DNA of 52,423 nucleotides, taken from assembly GCA_900088475.1 (NCBI GenBank), contig FLMG01000613.1:1-52423 (forward strand). Reading direction: 5' to 3'. Positions within the stretch are counted from its first letter, which is position 1. Each line of letters starts with the position of its first letter. The notes under the pieces are model-generated. The model had not been told where the DNA came from. It was given only the letters and a program-made list of their open reading frames with translations, and searched no databases. Made by a program: the position numbers and the translations under genes. Source of the stretch: Hyphochytrium catenoides. Lineage: Eukaryota; Protista; Hyphochytriomycota. Below are positions 47,595-52,423 of this stretch, one piece after another.

Positions 47595-50181
47595 TTACAT
47601 AGTCACAAGCTCGCCTAGGAAGACTGTCTTATCCGTGGAACATGAGCCAATAATAGGCTCCTTGGGGTGGAATACGACCTAGTCGGAGAACGAAGTTAGA
47701 GCATACGAAGGACGTCAGGGTTCACTACCCCTTGGAGCCTCAGGAAAAGAAGTAGGACGCCAAGCGGTGAATGTCGATACCAGAGATACGTTCAGGGCAC
47801 AGCGCATATAGCAAGACTGCATACGACAAAGAAGCAAAAACAGAGAAAGGGAGACGTACAGGGGCAGCAGTCCCTTATAAAAGGCACAGGAAAGAGAACG
47901 AATCGTGCAGAAAAATAGAGGCATACGGAGCTCTCCGCCATAGCGGAGACGGCGCCAGGGGCGATCGATGTACCCAGTAAAGCTACGCACCTCGTTAACT
48001 GAACCCTTGTGCCCTGGCAGGCGGTAAAGCAGTTTGCAGGAGGTGAAGTCCCAGACATTCACCATTCGATCCGCCGATCCAGCACAGACTTTGGACCCAT
48101 CGGGTGACCAGTGGCACTTGATGAGGTTGCATTCAGCGTTGTGCTGGAAGACAATAGCGCAGCGATAGAGCTATTAGTCGCAGAGCATGGCGCGGGAGGT
48201 GCAAAGTCACAGGGGCAGAAGCCAAAACGTTCAAAAGGGAGGATCAATAGCATGGAATAGGATGCCTTGACGCCTGGGTTGTTGGATAATCGCGGATGAC
48301 AACATGTAAAGGCATGTGAAGAGAAGAAGAAGCCCGAGGTAGGGGAGAAAGGCTGGTGTCTATGGCCACAAGTCCCGTGGGTGACATTCTGCCCTTGCAG
48401 AAGCTCACCGTTGATCCTTGAAACGCTTTGACACATCTGTCACCGGGTACGTAAGGCCTTACGTCCCAGCAGCGTAAGGCGTTGTCCATAGCATTTGACA
48501 AAAGGAAAGACCCATCTGGAGAGAGAGAAATGCCAGTAATCGTATCCTTATGGCCCTCTAACACCATAGATACCTCAGCTTTCCGGAGGTCCCACACCTG
48601 AAGAACAACAAAGTCAGTCAGGACCGACGACATTGCCATGTCACGGGGGCTGCTTTCAGCGGAAAGAAAGGACCATTGGGTTGGGAAGACATCGAAGTGA
48701 GACGAGGCTGCCGAAAAAGGGTGCCGTAAGAGAGAAGGAAGAGACCAATGACAGAGATAGGCGTCCATAAAGACTGATTTAGACGGTAAGCTTTTTGACC
48801 TTAATGTCATTGTCTAGTCCTCCGGCAAAGATAGACTCCCCATCGTGGGAGAATGCAACTGCCGTAACCTGGTACTTCCCTTCAAAGCTATCTTGGCACT
48901 TCTTCACACGAGTGTCCCATAGCTGCGCAATTTCATATCAACATTCGGATGACAAGATCCATGACAGACAACAAGGAAAACACGGATTAAAGGGCCATTT
49001 GTAGATAAGGTGCAGTCGAAAGGGAAGCCGAGGAGGTCGGACGATGTTGCGGGAGATTAAAGGCAATGGAGCAGAAGCCCAAGCCAAACAAACCTTGACT
49101 GTCCCATCATTGGACCCACTCGCAATAAGAGAGAGACCTCTTCCTGCTGGACAACAGCTGTTGACCACTGCATTATGTCCGACAAGCTTCCGGACCCTTT
49201 CGCCTTTTGTCGCGTCCCACACACCGACTGTCTTGTCCGCAGATGCGCTAATAACTTGAGACCCATCGTAGGTCCAGTGAACCTCTAAGACCGCATTCTT
49301 ATGTCCTTTGAGGACATCATAATTCTTGCACTCGCCATACACCTCCCAAAGAACTATCGCCGCAAGAAGGAGATGGGACCACGATGCGGACACATGTGAA
49401 GAATAGTAAGACGTTAGGCCAGACGAAACAGAGGAAACCTTATGTAGATAATTGGAGGTTTGAGGTCATGAGGCAAAAGAGGTCAATAAAAGAGGCAAGG
49501 AGAGAAGACAACCGCGTGACGGAGAGGGGAAGTCAAGGAGAAGACGTAGACGAAGATAAAACAGAGCAAACCTTATGTGGATGTTAAAGATTTGAGGTTA
49601 TGGGACAAATGAGGTTAAGCAAGGAGGCAAGCATAACAAGACTAAGAAAGAGAAGTGTATAAACCACTTCAGAGATCTGACTTACGTATCGTCCTGTCCA
49701 TCGAGGCTGAAGCAAGATGCTGTCCGCTAGGATCGAACTTAACAGAGTACACCGCGGACTGAGACGCAGTCGCAAGGAGGGATCGTTAGTCAGCAAAGGA
49801 GGAGGAAGAGGCGCAGAGTAAGAGATCGAGGGACAGAAAGGTAATGGACAATGACGGTCTTCTTGGGAACGAATGGATTAGGGAGGCGGAGACTAGGGAC
49901 AAGGTCACCGCAGTCCGCATAAGCACAGGTCAGACAAGAGAGCCAAGATACGTACTCCGTGGCCTTCTAAAAGCATGGTAGGCGAGAGGAGTCCTGAAGT
50001 TCTTTGCCCGGGCTGCAGAGGCAAAAAGTTTAATGGCGACGCTTAAAGTGAGCTATGCCTTTCTTACCTTGATTTCCATGACCTGCCGATTGTCAGCAGG
50101 GACGATGGCAAGCTTTGCCTTCTTGCTATCCGGCATATTCTCATCATTGTCTTCACTTTTCTTTCTTTTCTCAGGGTCCAT
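47595..50181 (-). CDS. SNRNP40: U5 snRNP 40 kDa WD40 protein, multi-exon
   Basis: Exonic segments read RTSGLLSPTMLLEGH, SAVYSVKFDPSGQHLASASMDR, LWEVYGECKNYDVLKGHKNAVLEV, GHKDTITGISLSPDGSFLLSNAMDNALRCWDVRPY, LLYRLPGHKGSVNEV, FHPKEPIIGSCSTDKTVFLGEL. Probable start MDPEKRKK at 50181. Confidence 0.92.
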
Positions 50182-51207
50182 GGTATGCACTGGGAACTTG
50201 TCCTAACAACTATAAACGGAGGCAGTCCTGCCTGGAGAAGCACTGGACCTTGACCTTTCGTCCTGTTATCCCCCGTCAGTCTAGGTACATGTACACTCCG
50301 GCGTATACAGGTTACGGACACAGGGTTGTCCTGCAGAAAGACGACTGAATGTAGGCAGGACAAAAGCCTCTCCTTCGCGGTCTGACGTTGAGTTGGAACC
50401 TCAAATGTAGAACCCTTACTTCTTCCCAAAATAAATAGTGAGAGAGGTAGCCTGAGCGAGAGCTACAGCCTGTAACCCTTCTCCGTAATAATCTAAGCCT
50501 GCCAAAGTGTAGCTATGGGTACTGTGAGCCTGGAATAGCTTCATAGATTGATAACACATGCAGCGGCGAAGCTTCATAAAAGCTCCATAATCAAGCTCCA
50601 GATCCTCCGATCTATTGCAGATTCCAAGCACCACACAAACAAGAGTAAGCCGCCTTGTGCTTTAATTCTTGAGGCTTCATTTAGCGCCCAGAAACTTAAA
50701 GCCCTACAACTGAACATACATACCACTTTTACAGACGAACAGCACCTAGCCAACATGTAACAACTACATCACCTTCATCGTCTATCGGCTCAAAGTTGGA
50801 TGATGAATCATTGATGAAGATTGATAAGGAAGAAGAAGAAGACAGGCAGCCTAGCGGTGCATCGAGAGATGAGGAAAGAGCCCGAGTGCGTCGGCTTCCT
50901 TCTTTCATTTGCAAAGCAGGAGAGAGGAACGACAAGCGCCTTCCTAGTAATAGTTCATCCTCCATGTGCGTCATCTCCGTGCTGCTGCTTATAATTGTAT
51001 CTTCCTTGGCTCAACGTCCATTCTGTCATGCGCCATTTCTTCCTCGAGCCGCGCAGAGAGGCGGCTGGAGCTGACGTTTGTCACAAAATTTGTACAAAAG
51101 GAATAGGGGGAAGCATTGAAGTTATATTGTTGATACATGAAATGTAGCCCCTGTCTCTAAGTGCAAAAAGGCCCGCTCGTTTTCTCCGTGTGCCTCCTAC
51201 CAATATC

Positions 51208-52423
51208 TTAGTCTGCCCGCGATGACGCCACCTTGGGCGCTACAAAGTAGAAAAAATTGGGGCCAGAACCGGGCAAACGGTTCGTGATAATGAAATAAAG
51301 GGGAAGAATGACTGCAAACAAAGAAATGACCCAGGCAACGATGGTCTCCTCCGCGCTGTGGAATGAAAGGGCCGTTTGATAAAGAAAATGCATACTAGTA
51401 CCGCAAATGCCCAAGAACCAAGCGAAGCAGAGTGCCAGCCGTGAGTTGTAAGCCCCTGTTTCCACCGCCGCAGCCAAAACTTCAAAGAGCCCAATAGAGA
51501 TGAAATGCACAAGGAAGAGGACAACATGATCTGCGAAGTCGAAGGCATCACCACACGTCTTATTTGCCCGCATACCAAGGTACCTGAGAGGACATGAAGA
51601 GTGTAAGACAGACTGAATCTACAAAGATTCCCAGGAAGGAGTATAAATGGTGCTCTCGCACGGATCAATAGCTGATAAGCTGCGTAGACACAGACACCGC
51701 AACGTCTACCACCATACTCCTGAGGATCAAACAATCTAATGGTAAGCACAAGCCATCAACACAAAGGAGGAATTGCCTTGGAGAAAGATACACAAGAACC
51801 CAGGTCCCCTACTCACCAACACTGCGGTTCTGGTACTTGAAAAAATGCTTCTTGGATAATGTTTAATCCAATGTACAGCGCCACCAGCCGGTAAGCCATT
51901 AACCCTAAGTAAAGTAGAGCTCGGCGGCCAGCTCTGTTGAGGGATCTCTTCGACCAGTCTCCCGTGACAACCGTCAGCCCTAGTCCAATGAAGGGAATCG
52001 TCCATGCGCCCTGCAAATACGCGTGTCAGAGAATGTAGGTTGAAAGAAAGGTGAATAGAGTGGACGAACAGCAGAGCAAAAAGAATGAAGGAGAAAAGAG
52101 AGTATCCACAAAAGACAAGAGAGCAACGTCGAGATCGACTATCATAATAACACTTTACCAATGGGGAGGTGAATACATTCACTGTCTCCATCATTGCGTA
52201 GCACGGTGATATCGATTCCGTAAGAGTCTTGGCGGTTGGGATCGAGCTAGACCGTACAGGTGCTGGGCAGCATAGTGGCTGCGTTCCTTCTGTTGCATCG
52301 ACAGGTATCCAACACCTTCAAAAGGAGGATGAGGAAGCGGCAACATCAGCAACAACGAGCCCGCCAAAAGTCACGTCTATACCACATACCGGCCTGAGAC
52401 TCTCACAAATTTCCCCGGGTATT
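51208..52423 (-). CDS. Multi-pass membrane protein with FIT/Scs3 (PAP2-like) histidine motifs; 5' end outside the window
   Basis: Several in-phase exons give hydrophobic helices and the motifs CGDAFDFADHVVLF and TALSFHSAEE, resembling the FIT-family FDISGH and YFH motifs. Confidence 0.55.

Noticed and set aside
1-52423. tRNA, rRNA or other structured RNA genes; alternative genetic code or non-canonical introns
   Set aside because: None recognised by eye (tRNAscan-SE and Infernal would be needed to exclude them). All reconstructed genes fit the standard code and GT-AG introns.

Overview
Intron-rich eukaryotic nuclear DNA with canonical GT-AG introns, many (GA/TC)n microsatellites and five N-gaps. 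The domain repertoire (CBEL-type PAN/apple repeats, C-x4-C-x9-C-x2-HGGG repeats, a stand-alone TAZ finger) points to a stramenopile of the oomycete/pseudofungal type; this is inference. Most short ORFs in the supplied track are shadow or microsatellite ORFs, so I spliced the genes by hand. In order: a 10-exon eIF2-alpha kinase (signal peptide, IRE1/PERK-like luminal region, TM, kinase, C-terminal ACT-like domain); an intronless DAACS/SLC1 symporter; a 6-exon secreted fusion (GSDH beta-propeller + PKD + 7 PAN/apple repeats); an orphan 7TM protein; a WRKY19-like Cys/His repeat protein; NSRP1/CCDC55; NAA50; a tandem FAR1-like DNA-binding protein facing away from a small TAZ zinc-finger gene that the ORF track captures only in part; eIF2-alpha; SNRNP40; and a truncated FIT/PAP2-like membrane protein. 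The most interesting items are the PERK-like kinase with an ACT domain (lying near an amino-acid symporter and its substrate eIF2-alpha) and the GSDH-PKD-PAN7 chimera. All family calls are from motif recognition, without database searches.
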